Assembly: GCA_046759445.1 (NCBI GenBank)
Contig: JBHICG010000065.1
Location: 1 to 19,572, forward strand
Origin: Candidatus Scalinduaceae bacterium
GTDB taxonomy: Bacteria; Planctomycetota; Brocadiia; Brocadiales; Scalinduaceae
Length of the DNA stretch: 19,572 bases
Reading direction: 5' to 3'
Position 1 is the stretch's first letter, and the number at the start of each line of letters is the position of its first letter. Shown one piece after another: positions 9,336-17,169 of the stretch. The notes under the pieces are model-generated. The model saw only the letters and a program-made list of their open reading frames with translations. It was not told the DNA's origin and made no database searches. Position numbers and translations under genes: made by a program.

Positions 9336-10622
9336 TTATCTAATACGATGAACTATTTTACGAGTTATCCAGTATATGTTTGTACCAATTGCCATTATCC
9401 AGAGAAACCATATCATCTGATTGATGGTAATGCATGCAATTATGATTATGTAAAGGAAATCCCTATTATTTAGTTTATCAATCCATTCTTTCGTTTTGTC
9501 GTATATTTGGTCTGTATTATTAACATCAAAGTATGTTGTTAAAAGGATTGAAATTGAAATACCAGACATTGCCATAATGCCTAATACAATTATGATTATA
9601 GAACTAGATTCATCTGTCTTATAAAGGGCAAACGTAATACCTGCAACAAGTGCAGCACTTACCAAAGTGTCACATATTATATCCAGAAGATTACCAAAGT
9701 TTGATTCCATGTGTTTAAGCCTTGCAACCTCACCGTCACACTGATCAAAAACTATGGAGAGAAAAAATAGTAAACCAGCAGATATGTTAAAAGTATATCC
9801 TCCAAAGGAAAAGAAGAATCCTGAGAAGAGACCTAATACCAAGCTCATAATCGTAATCTGGTTTGGCGTAACTGGTGTTCTTATTAATAATTTAGAAATG
9901 AAGCCAGATATTTTACGTATTACGTATTTATCTAAAATTGGACTGTCTAAATTAGATACTAATGACTGGTAAAGTTTTCTTTCCGCTAACAATAAATCAG
10001 ATTGAGAATTTATTTCTTCATATAAATTATTACTTATGTCAACAGTCTGGAGTAAATTTTCTTTGTTTAGTTCCTCAATCAATTTCTGGAATGAAACACC
10101 ACCATTAGTTGGGGTTAGGAAGTCCTTAATCTTATGTGATACCATAATAATACCGCTACTTATTTTATCTTGAACCGTTGTATTTGCAGAAATGTTATTC
10201 GTTGAAGTGTTTTTTGTTGATGTGTGTGTTTCGGTACTGGTGGCTATATTGGCGACTGCATTATCAATAGAAAAATCGGAAAGCCGATTAAGGATGCGGT
10301 AATCAAAGAGAGCGTTTGCCTTTATTATAAAGATATTATTATTTTTATTGTCTGTAACTTCGTTGGCAATTACTTCATCTAAGTGTGCGTGTGTTTTTCC
10401 ATCATACCATTTAATATCCGCATTTATTCGTTTGTCTGTGATTATTGAATCTTCTATTTCTTCTTTTATATTGTGTCCGAAGAAGATGAAATCTTTTATT
10501 CCTGCCTTGCAGGCAGAAAGGATAGTGCGTTTATATAATGGTATAGAGGCAATTTCCTTTGTGCACCATTTTGATATCTCATCATTGTCAAAACTATTAG
10601 AAAAGAGTATTATGGCTTTTAT
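9336..10622 (-). CDS. CDP-alcohol phosphotransferase with N-terminal degenerate NTP-transferase-like domain (paralog 2); probable ATA start, 428 aa
   Basis: The track ORF 9336-10145 stays open 159 codons upstream: IKAIILFSNSF...KEIASIPLYKRTILSACKAGIKDF...DKRI...ANALFDYRIL, aligning with paralog 1. AGGAGA lies 6 nt before ATA (10622). C-terminal DQCDGEVAR...GNLLDIICD. Confidence 0.88.
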   Translation of the reverse strand: MKAIILFSNSFDNDEISKWCTKEIASIPLYKRTILSACKAGIKDFIFFGHNIKEEIEDSIITDKRINADIKWYDGKTHAHLDEVIANEVTDNKNNNIFIIKANALFDYRILNRLSDFSIDNAVANIATSTETHTSTKNTSTNNISANTTVQDKISSGIIMVSHKIKDFLTPTNGGVSFQKLIEELNKENLLQTVDISNNLYEEINSQSDLLLAERKLYQSLVSNLDSPILDKYVIRKISGFISKLLIRTPVTPNQITIMSLVLGLFSGFFFSFGGYTFNISAGLLFFLSIVFDQCDGEVARLKHMESNFGNLLDIICDTLVSAALVAGITFALYKTDESSSIIIIVLGIMAMSGISISILLTTYFDVNNTDQIYDKTKEWIDKLNNRDFLYIIIIACITINQMIWFLWIMAIGTNIYWITRKIVHRIR

Positions 10623-11350
10623 TGGTAGTCTCCTAATCTTGGCAGAATTACGTTATTAGCCATTCCAATATCTTCTTCAAAGTCTATTTCTATCCACGGC
10701 AGATCTCCTACTCTTTCGAAACCGACTGAGCAATGGGTAAGTAGTTCGTGCAAGGCATCTTCGTATTCCACATTGATTCTGCCAGTTCTCTCAAATTCTT
10801 CAAGTATATTCTTAAGTATGTGACAATCACTTGATGAGAGTTTAAAGAACCCGACACCTTCACCTATAAAATCACAATCATAAGAATTATGTTTGGAGAT
10901 TCCGATTACTTTATTTTCCCTCACAAATAACTTCATTTCTTCACCAGTATCTTCGAAATATTCGTCTATCAGGAAGCAATTACTATTTTTGGATCTGGCC
11001 AACTTTATGAGTATTTCATTGTGAAATAATACATCAGCATCCATAATCAGTGTGTCATTATCCAGCTCATTTCTGGCGTACCATAGGGAGAGAATGCTGC
11101 CTTTGGTATATTGTTCGTTTTCTATATATTTTATTTTAAAGTTATTAGGATTGTTTTTTATTGCTTCTTTAATCTTTTCTTTAAGATGACCAACGACAAT
11201 TACTATATCCTTTATGTCCAAGAGAGATAGTGATTCGAGGAGCCTTTCCAGAAGCGTCTTATTGCCAATCATAATAAGACATTTTGGAATCCTATTTGTT
11301 ACTGCTGACATTCTCTTTCCTATTCCCGCCGCTAATATTATGACCTTCAT
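10619..11350 (-). CDS. Phosphocholine/phosphonate cytidylyltransferase family protein (LicC/PntC-like)
   Basis: MKVIILAAGIGKRM...PKCLI, MDADVLF, EEMK, GEGVG, EYED and WIEIDFEED motifs. Confidence 0.88.
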   Translation of the reverse strand: MKVIILAAGIGKRMSAVTNRIPKCLIMIGNKTLLERLLESLSLLDIKDIVIVVGHLKEKIKEAIKNNPNNFKIKYIENEQYTKGSILSLWYARNELDNDTLIMDADVLFHNEILIKLARSKNSNCFLIDEYFEDTGEEMKLFVRENKVIGISKHNSYDCDFIGEGVGFFKLSSSDCHILKNILEEFERTGRINVEYEDALHELLTHCSVGFERVGDLPWIEIDFEEDIGMANNVILPRLGDYQ

Positions 11351-11377
11351 AAAGATATTATCCCTTTAACACGAAAG

Positions 11378-11555
11378 TAGATTCCCGATCAGGGTCGGGG
11401 TGTGATTTTAAACCTGTCCGAAGGACAGGCAGAATCACCTAAGTGCCCGTTCTACGGACGGGACTTCCGCAACAGTGGAATTGCCAATAGCCAATGTGTT
11501 GTATTATCTGTCATTCCCGTGGCATTGCCTTCCTGGCAAACAAACAGGGAATCTA
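11378..11555. repeat. Composite palindromic repeat bounded by TAGATTCCC/GGGAATCTA
   Basis: Perfect 9-bp terminal inverted repeat enclosing hairpins CCCGA/TCGGG, GTGATT/AATCAC around CCTGTCC-GAA-GGACAGG, CCCGT/ACGGG and TTGCC/GGCAA. Confidence 0.75.
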
Positions 11556-11582
11556 GAATTTTTGTATTTGGTTACGACTATG

Positions 11583-12665
11583 TTAAATTAGAACATCTTG
11601 CAGATTCTTAATGAAAGTTTCTAAGTCCTCCATGGTTAATTCACCCATGTTTGCGATTCTGAATATCTTTGCATTTAATTGTCCTTGACCAGCATAGATG
11701 ACGAATCCACTTTCCTTTAAACTATCATGCAGATGGGTGTATGTCATGTCTTTGGGTAAGTACAAGGCTGTGATAGTGTTTGACAGTAATTCGTCTGGTA
11801 ATAGAAAATTAAGAGATAATTTCTTGAATCCTTTTCGTAGAAACATAGAAGCCTTTTTGTACCGTCTGATGCGATTTTGGACACCTTCTTTTAAAAGTTC
11901 ATCTAAAGCCTCATCAAATGCAAAAAATGTATGTACAGATGGCGTAAAAGGACATTCGCCCTTTTCTTCCTGTTCATCAAGTTGTGAAATAAGATTAAGA
12001 TATACGGAGCGCGCCGGTATATTCCTTAGTCTTTTTACCTCATCTTGTTTTAGAATAACAAAGGACAATCCTGGTAAACCCTGAATACATTTGTTCGCCG
12101 AACCAACGCATATATCGACGTTATCATTGATTAAATCTATCTCTTCACCACCCAGACCACTAATTGAGTCAACGAGAAAGGTTCTATCATATTTCTTCGT
12201 TATTAAACCAATAGCATGGACTGGATTTAACAAACCTGTGGTGGTTTCATGGTGAACCATGGCAACTACTTCTATGTCAGTATCTTTTGAGATAGTATTT
12301 TCTACTTGTTCTATATCTGGTTGTTTGCACCAATCATATTGAAGCTCTACCTTGTCAATTTTATAAGCTGAGGCGATACGTGATATCCTATCGCCGTATA
12401 CGCCATTGTTTATAACTAATATCTTCTTTCCTTCACTTACTGAGGAGCAGACACTGGCCTCCAGGGAAGCAGTGCCGGAACCCGTAATGACTATTGTAGT
12501 ATAATTGCCATTTGAAGCGAAGGCTTGCTTAATCTTTTTGCGTACGTTGTCCAGGAGTATGGAAAATTCCTTCTCACGATGGCACATGTCACCTCTCAAG
12601 AGTGCATTCCTCACCCTCTCAGAGGTACATACGGGTCCAGGGTTTAACAATACCATCTTTTTCAA
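11583..12665 (-). CDS. 2-aminoethylphosphonate aminotransferase-like (class V PLP enzyme, PhnW/AepZ family)
   Basis: LLNPGPV, DMCHRE, GSGTAS, NGVYGDR, HHETTTGLLNP, DSISG, SANKCIQGLPG (PLP lysine), IYAGQG. Confidence 0.9.
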   Translation of the reverse strand: MKKMVLLNPGPVCTSERVRNALLRGDMCHREKEFSILLDNVRKKIKQAFASNGNYTTIVITGSGTASLEASVCSSVSEGKKILVINNGVYGDRISRIASAYKIDKVELQYDWCKQPDIEQVENTISKDTDIEVVAMVHHETTTGLLNPVHAIGLITKKYDRTFLVDSISGLGGEEIDLINDNVDICVGSANKCIQGLPGLSFVILKQDEVKRLRNIPARSVYLNLISQLDEQEEKGECPFTPSVHTFFAFDEALDELLKEGVQNRIRRYKKASMFLRKGFKKLSLNFLLPDELLSNTITALYLPKDMTYTHLHDSLKESGFVIYAGQGQLNAKIFRIANMGELTMEDLETFIKNLQDVLI

Positions 12666-12723
12666 ATCTGTAATTTCTTCCTATTCTTTAATTTCTAGCC
12701 ACGAAGCTACTTTAAAAGTCTTA

Positions 12724-12783
12724 GTAGGGTGGATTAAGCCCCCACAGCTTGCTAGCGCAAGCTAGCAGTGGGGGCGAATCCAC
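12724..12783. repeat. GTAG-type REP with nested hairpins in its loop
   Basis: GTAGG followed by GTGGATT/AATCCAC outer stem, GCCCCCAC/GTGGGGGC middle stem and TGCTAGC-GCAA-GCTAGCA inner stem. Confidence 0.8.
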
Positions 12784-12818
12784 ATTTTTTCCATTTAGGC
12801 ATTTTAGTTTACTTTAGT

Positions 12819-12866
12819 TCTGGATTCCCTGCGAGAGCAGGAGGCCTTCCTTTCGGAAGGAATCCA
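12819..12866. repeat. Branched palindromic repeat, copy A
   Basis: TGGATTCC/GGAATCCA enclosing CCTGC-GAGA-GCAGG and CCTTCC-TTTC-GGAAGG; inverted homolog at 15762-15815. Confidence 0.8.
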
Positions 12867-12976
12867 TATTTTATTTCTAGATAAAACCATAATAAATTAG
12901 CGATTACCCGCCCTATTCCTCTTACCAATAAATTTTGTTTTGCGCATTAAAAAACATAAATTAGCGACCAGGGGAG

Positions 12977-13537
12977 CTAATTTATAGCAGACATAAACCG
13001 TTCTTTGATCTGTTCAGGACTGTGGGTTACCCTTCCGATTTCTGGTTGTTCATCGTTCTTGCATACTTTTACGAGAAGGAATGATGGTCCTTCCTTTTTC
13101 AGAAGTTGTGTCACCTCTTTTCTTAAAGTATCAGTGGTTGTTACCTTTTTAACATAAGCATATCTGGCTGACCTTGCAATATCTTCAAGTCCTATTATGT
13201 TGGAAAAGGTTGGTTGATTTCCAGTTGAGGCATAAACTTCATTATCAAGCACGATATGCAGGAAATTCTTGGGTTGGAGAGCTCCCATCATCGTTAAAGA
13301 CCCTAGATTCATCAGCAAATTGCCATCACCATCGAAAATTATAACCTTCCTTGATTGTTCACATAATGCCAGTCCCAGACCAATAGATGATGCCAAACCC
13401 ATAGACCCTATCATGTAAAAGTTTTCTACCCTATCTCTTATTAAGAATGTTTCTCTGCTTATCATACCGTTGGCACAGATAACTAGCTCATCCTTTAATA
13501 ATCCTGTTATTATGGTTACTGCCTCAGTGTAATTCAA
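12977..13537 (-). CDS. Phosphonopyruvate/sulfopyruvate decarboxylase, beta (TPP-binding) subunit
   Basis: NGMISRE, NFYMIGSMGLASSIGLG, DGDGNLLMNLG...LDN TPP motif, YASTGNQ; TTG start overlaps the alpha-subunit TGA (TTGA). Confidence 0.9.
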   Translation of the reverse strand: MNYTEAVTIITGLLKDELVICANGMISRETFLIRDRVENFYMIGSMGLASSIGLGLALCEQSRKVIIFDGDGNLLMNLGSLTMMGALQPKNFLHIVLDNEVYASTGNQPTFSNIIGLEDIARSARYAYVKKVTTTDTLRKEVTQLLKKEGPSFLLVKVCKNDEQPEIGRVTHSPEQIKERFMSAIN

Positions 13538-14025
13538 TCAATTATTCCTTTTTTGAGGAAAAGGGCTAGGGGTTCTTTATTCTCGGTGATTAATTTATAT
13601 GACATATTTATGAGAACTTTGATGTTATCTAAATTAAAGGTATAGTGTGAAATACCTACAGTATCAAGAAGCTTATTACATATCTTACCCATTACCAGAT
13701 GTTCAGGTGCATCGTTACCTTCAAAGCCTCGCCATGTGACTATTAATAAACTGGGAAGCTTGTAAATGAGGTTAAGTGAAGTAAGGGCATTTAAACATTG
13801 ACCAAGTCCGGAGTTTTGCATTAAGACTACGGGTATCTTTCCTGCCATATATGCGCCGCCCGCAATTCCAACTGCAACGTCTTCCCTTATAGATGGTATA
13901 TATGTAACGTCAGGCCTGTTTGTAAGATTTGTGATTAGGTTGCCAATAATTGAACATGGCACACCAGTAAAAAAATTATATCCAGTGTTTATTAATTCCT
14001 GCGCAAAATCTCCTGATTTTAACAT
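13534..14025 (-). CDS. Phosphonopyruvate/sulfopyruvate decarboxylase, alpha subunit
   Basis: FFTGVPCS, REDVAVGIAGG, MQNSGLG, WRGFEGNDAPEHLVMG. Confidence 0.9.
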   Translation of the reverse strand: MLKSGDFAQELINTGYNFFTGVPCSIIGNLITNLTNRPDVTYIPSIREDVAVGIAGGAYMAGKIPVVLMQNSGLGQCLNALTSLNLIYKLPSLLIVTWRGFEGNDAPEHLVMGKICNKLLDTVGISHYTFNLDNIKVLINMSYKLITENKEPLALFLKKGIID

Positions 14026-14085
14026 TAATTATTTCGTGAATTAGGTTAAAAAATTGAAATATTTAAAGTATAAAAATTGGGTTAG

Positions 14086-14114
14086 AAAATAAACGATACA
14101 CATTTACGTGTCAA
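14086..14114 (-). promoter_or_regulatory. Candidate sigma70 promoter for the decarboxylase-to-hpnI gene run
   Basis: Minus strand TTGACA-N17-TATTTT about 60 nt upstream of the ATG at 14025. Confidence 0.5.
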
Positions 14115-14191
14115 GATTAAAAAAGATTTAAAAAATCTTGCTTCATTTCATAATGAGCTTATAATCTTGATATATAATAAACGAATTAAAT

Positions 14192-14248
14192 AAATCCCCC
14201 CGCTGCTTTCTTGCTGAAAGCAAGATGCGGGGGGAAAGAGGGGGATTT
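14192..14248. repeat. C-run/G-run palindromic repeat with nested insert
   Basis: AAATCCCCCC-GCTGCTTTCTTGCTGAAAGCAAGATGC-GGGGGGAAAGAGGGGGATTT; the module CTGCTTTCTTGCT recurs at 17213 and 19519. Confidence 0.8.
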
Positions 14249-14306
14249 GTCAACTTGCTTTTTCTTTTACTATAGTCAAATTTCCAGTCTATAAAATCAA
14301 AAAGAG

Positions 14307-15686
14307 ATGAAGATGTCTTCAAAGCAAACAAAATCACTTTTCTTGAATGATGAAAATATGTGTATTGCCACAGACCTTTATCAGTTAACAATGGCTGCGG
14401 GTTATTTTGAGCGTAAAAGGAATAACGAATCAACATTTGAATTATTTATCAGAAAATTACCTGAAAATCGGTCTTACCTGATTGCGGCAGGACTTGAACA
14501 GGTCATTTACTATCTTAAAAATCTCAAGTTCACGGGAGAGTATTTGAAATATATAAAGAGTCTTCATATTTTTAAAAATGTGAGTAAGGGATTTTTTGAT
14601 TATCTCTGCAATTACCGTTTTAGTGGAAACCTGTATGCTGTTCCCGAAGGTACGGTTGTCTTCGCAAATGAACCTATTCTAAGAGTAACGGCTCCCATGA
14701 TTGAGGCGCAAATAATCGAAACGTACCTTTTGTCAGCGATAAATTATCAAACACTTGTGGCTACTAAGGCGTCAAGGGTTGTACATGCAGCTAAAGGTAA
14801 AGACGTAATTGATTTTGGCACAAGACGAGCACATGGTCCACAGGCAGGGGTACTGGCGGCAAGGGCGTGTTTTATTGGAGGTTGTGCCGGAACTTCTAAT
14901 GTTCTCGCAGCTTACGAATTAGGGATACCAGCTGTCGGTACAGTAGCTCACTCGTGGGTTATGGCTTACGATGACGAATATGAATCTTATAAAGATTTTC
15001 GCAAGGTTTTTCCCCATGACACAGTTCTCTTAATTGATACTTATGACACCGTTATCGGTGCACGGCTCGCAACGAAGATCGGGAGAAGACTGAAGGGAGT
15101 TAGATTGGATAGTGGAAATATCACTCTCCTGAGTAAAAGGGTGCGAAAGATTTTAGATGATGCTGGTCTTAAACATGTTAAGATTGTGGCAAGTGGTGAT
15201 TTGAACGAGTATAAAATATCTGAGATGCTTCATAAAGGTGCACCCGTAGATTCCTTTGGAGTAGGTACAGAGATGGTCACCTCAAAGGACGCGCCAGCGC
15301 TTGGTGGTATTTATAAGTTGGTAGAGCAGGAAAAAGGGGGAAGATTAATGCCCAAAATGAAATTTAGCAAGGATAAAGCAACCTATCCAGGAAAAAAACA
15401 GGTTTACCGTGTTTATGATAATAAAGGAAAGTTTAAAAAGGATATTGTGGGTTTGGAAGGTGAGAAGTTTGATGCTGAAGCACTGTTATTACCTGTTATA
15501 AAGAAAGGAAAAATCTTATACAAGACACCAACCATTCGAGAAACTCAGAGGTTTGCAAAGAGAAATGTCTCTCTCTTACCAGATAGATTCAAGAAATTAG
15601 ATTGCAAGACATCGTATCCGGTTACTATTAGTAGAAGATTAAGACGAATTAGAGACAAGACAAAAAGAAGCTTGGGTACTTCGTGA
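14307..15686 (+). CDS. pncB: Nicotinate phosphoribosyltransferase
   Basis: TDLYQLTM, FGTRRAHG, TSNV, GTVAHSWV, LIDTYD, GVRLDSG, SGDLNEY, FGVGT, YKLV. The start may be 14313. Confidence 0.95.
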   Translation: MKMSSKQTKSLFLNDENMCIATDLYQLTMAAGYFERKRNNESTFELFIRKLPENRSYLIAAGLEQVIYYLKNLKFTGEYLKYIKSLHIFKNVSKGFFDYLCNYRFSGNLYAVPEGTVVFANEPILRVTAPMIEAQIIETYLLSAINYQTLVATKASRVVHAAKGKDVIDFGTRRAHGPQAGVLAARACFIGGCAGTSNVLAAYELGIPAVGTVAHSWVMAYDDEYESYKDFRKVFPHDTVLLIDTYDTVIGARLATKIGRRLKGVRLDSGNITLLSKRVRKILDDAGLKHVKIVASGDLNEYKISEMLHKGAPVDSFGVGTEMVTSKDAPALGGIYKLVEQEKGGRLMPKMKFSKDKATYPGKKQVYRVYDNKGKFKKDIVGLEGEKFDAEALLLPVIKKGKILYKTPTIRETQRFAKRNVSLLPDRFKKLDCKTSYPVTISRRLRRIRDKTKRSLGTS

Positions 15687-15761
15687 AAATTGGAATGTAT
15701 TCTCAATGCTTGTTTGATCGAATATCCAGTTTTCAAGGACCGAGTATCATGCTATCCAATG

Positions 15762-15815
15762 CTGGAATCCTTCCGAAAGGAAGGGAAATTACCCTGTTCT
15801 CGCAGGGAGTCCAGA
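15762..15815. repeat. Branched palindromic repeat, copy B (inverted relative to copy A); could act as pncB 3' structure
   Basis: CTGGAATCCTTCCGAAAGGAAGG...CCTGTTCTCGCAGGGAGTCCAGA matches the reverse complement of 12819-12866 except for the linker and about 3 substitutions. Confidence 0.8.
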
Positions 15816-16124
15816 AAAAACACTGGATTCCCGTTGAAAAGGGTTGCATTTAGTACAATAAATGTTATTTGTTAAGATTAAGAGTTCACCGCACCCACCA
15901 AACTACACGTCGGGCATGAAGAGCGCAGAGCGGAAAGTAAAGAAATTGCCGGATGGAAAATAAAGAAAATGAGCAGTTGCGGGAGATTATGCCGACTCAT
16001 CTGGTGGAGTCTGAGAATCTTGACATGTAAAGGCGCTAATAAACGGGCGCAGTCCCTAAACTACTACCTTTATATTAAGACTAGCAATTTTGTTTTCATA
16101 TCTCACCTAGCCATCTCTTTTTTC

Positions 16125-16153
16125 TTGACTTTAATAATATGTAGTTTTAGCAT
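16125..16153 (+). promoter_or_regulatory. Candidate sigma70 promoter upstream of 16353
   Basis: TTGACT-N17-TAGCAT in AT-rich DNA. Confidence 0.3.
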
Positions 16154-16352
16154 TTAATATATGGTCTTTCTCAAAGCATAACATCCTTTTAATGAGGGTT
16201 AAAAGTTACTACTTTTGTGCTATCCTCAATCCTTAAATAATTTCGTCAAGTGGCAAGATGTGTTCTTCAGGTATTAGAGTAATAACTAAAAAGAATTACT
16301 TATATTAAGATATTATGAACCCTATTGAGAAGTTTTCAAAACACGGAATATC

Positions 16353-17159
16353 ATGTCTTCTGAATTGAAGAGAATAAAAAAGCGCAAGGAAACTAAGCGT
16401 GAGCTCAATAAAATATACGATAATTCAGAGAACGCACTGATCATCCACTATTCCTGCGAATCATTTTATGACATAGGAGATGGAAGAACACCCCGAGTTA
16501 CATCTATAGCAATACGTAATTTAAAAACAGCTCAAACAGAAAGTTTCTCAATTCATAAAATAGCCGAAAGAAAAAGGATGCCTATTAATGAAGCACAAAA
16601 TAGATATGACGATTTAGAAAAAGAAATGTTAGATGAATATTTTGAATATATAAGAACACATCAAGGGTTTACATTTATTCATTGGAATATGCGTGATATT
16701 AATTATGGGTTTTCTGCAATAGAGCATCGTTATCAAGTACTAGGCGGTGATCCTCATTGTATTGATGATTCTAGAAAGTTTGATTTAGCTAGGGCCATGG
16801 TTGCCCTGTATGGAAGAGAGTATGCCTCGCATGGTGACCATGGACGTCTTCATTCATTAATTGAATTAAATAAAATAACTAAGAAAGGCATCCTGACCGG
16901 AACAGAAGAAGCAGAGGCATTCAAAAATGCAGAGTATATAAAAATGCATCAATCAACATTAAGGAAAATTGATATTTTTCCGGACATACTAGAAAGAACA
17001 ATTGATGGGTCACTAAAGACTAATGCTACTTGGCTAGATCGCTATGGTGTACACCCCAAAATAATCTTAGACTATATTCAACAACACTGGGGGTGGGCTA
17101 TAATAGTAATTATTAGTGTTATTTTAGGAATTGTAGCAAGCTTAAGCGTCATATTCTAA
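16353..17159 (+). CDS. Hypothetical protein, probable 3'-5' exonuclease-like (RNase H fold) domain with C-terminal membrane anchor
   Basis: 268-aa ORF. IIHYSCESF, VTSIAI, EKEMLDEYFEYI, FIHWNMRDINYGF and KFDL are spaced like ExoI/ExoII motifs (by eye). The C-terminus WAIIVIISVILGIVASLSVIF is one hydrophobic helix. Confidence 0.7.
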   Translation: MSSELKRIKKRKETKRELNKIYDNSENALIIHYSCESFYDIGDGRTPRVTSIAIRNLKTAQTESFSIHKIAERKRMPINEAQNRYDDLEKEMLDEYFEYIRTHQGFTFIHWNMRDINYGFSAIEHRYQVLGGDPHCIDDSRKFDLARAMVALYGREYASHGDHGRLHSLIELNKITKKGILTGTEEAEAFKNAEYIKMHQSTLRKIDIFPDILERTIDGSLKTNATWLDRYGVHPKIILDYIQQHWGWAIIVIISVILGIVASLSVIF

Positions 17160-17169
17160 CAACCATAGA

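Noticed and set aside
11402..11611. Track ORF, 69 aa (likewise 14143-14436 and 15690-15875)
   Set aside because: Frames stay open because they cross GC-rich palindromic repeats; better explained as repeats.
763..12765. Short antisense or overlapping track ORFs (e.g. 763-1035, 1486-1728, 2891-3166, 3432-3766, 9754-9972, 10348-10659, 11698-12084, 12505-12765)
   Set aside because: Shadows of well-supported genes on the opposite strand; no motifs.
12892..12967. 12-bp direct repeat ATAAATTAGCGA (12892 and 12956)
   Set aside because: Two AT-rich copies only, with nothing recognisable between them.
15969..16157. 62-aa ORF as a type I toxin; flanking sequence as a glycine riboswitch
   Set aside because: No RBS or toxin-like pattern; GGGAGA, GCCGA and AAGGCGC are present but the spacing is wrong and CTCTCAGG is missing.
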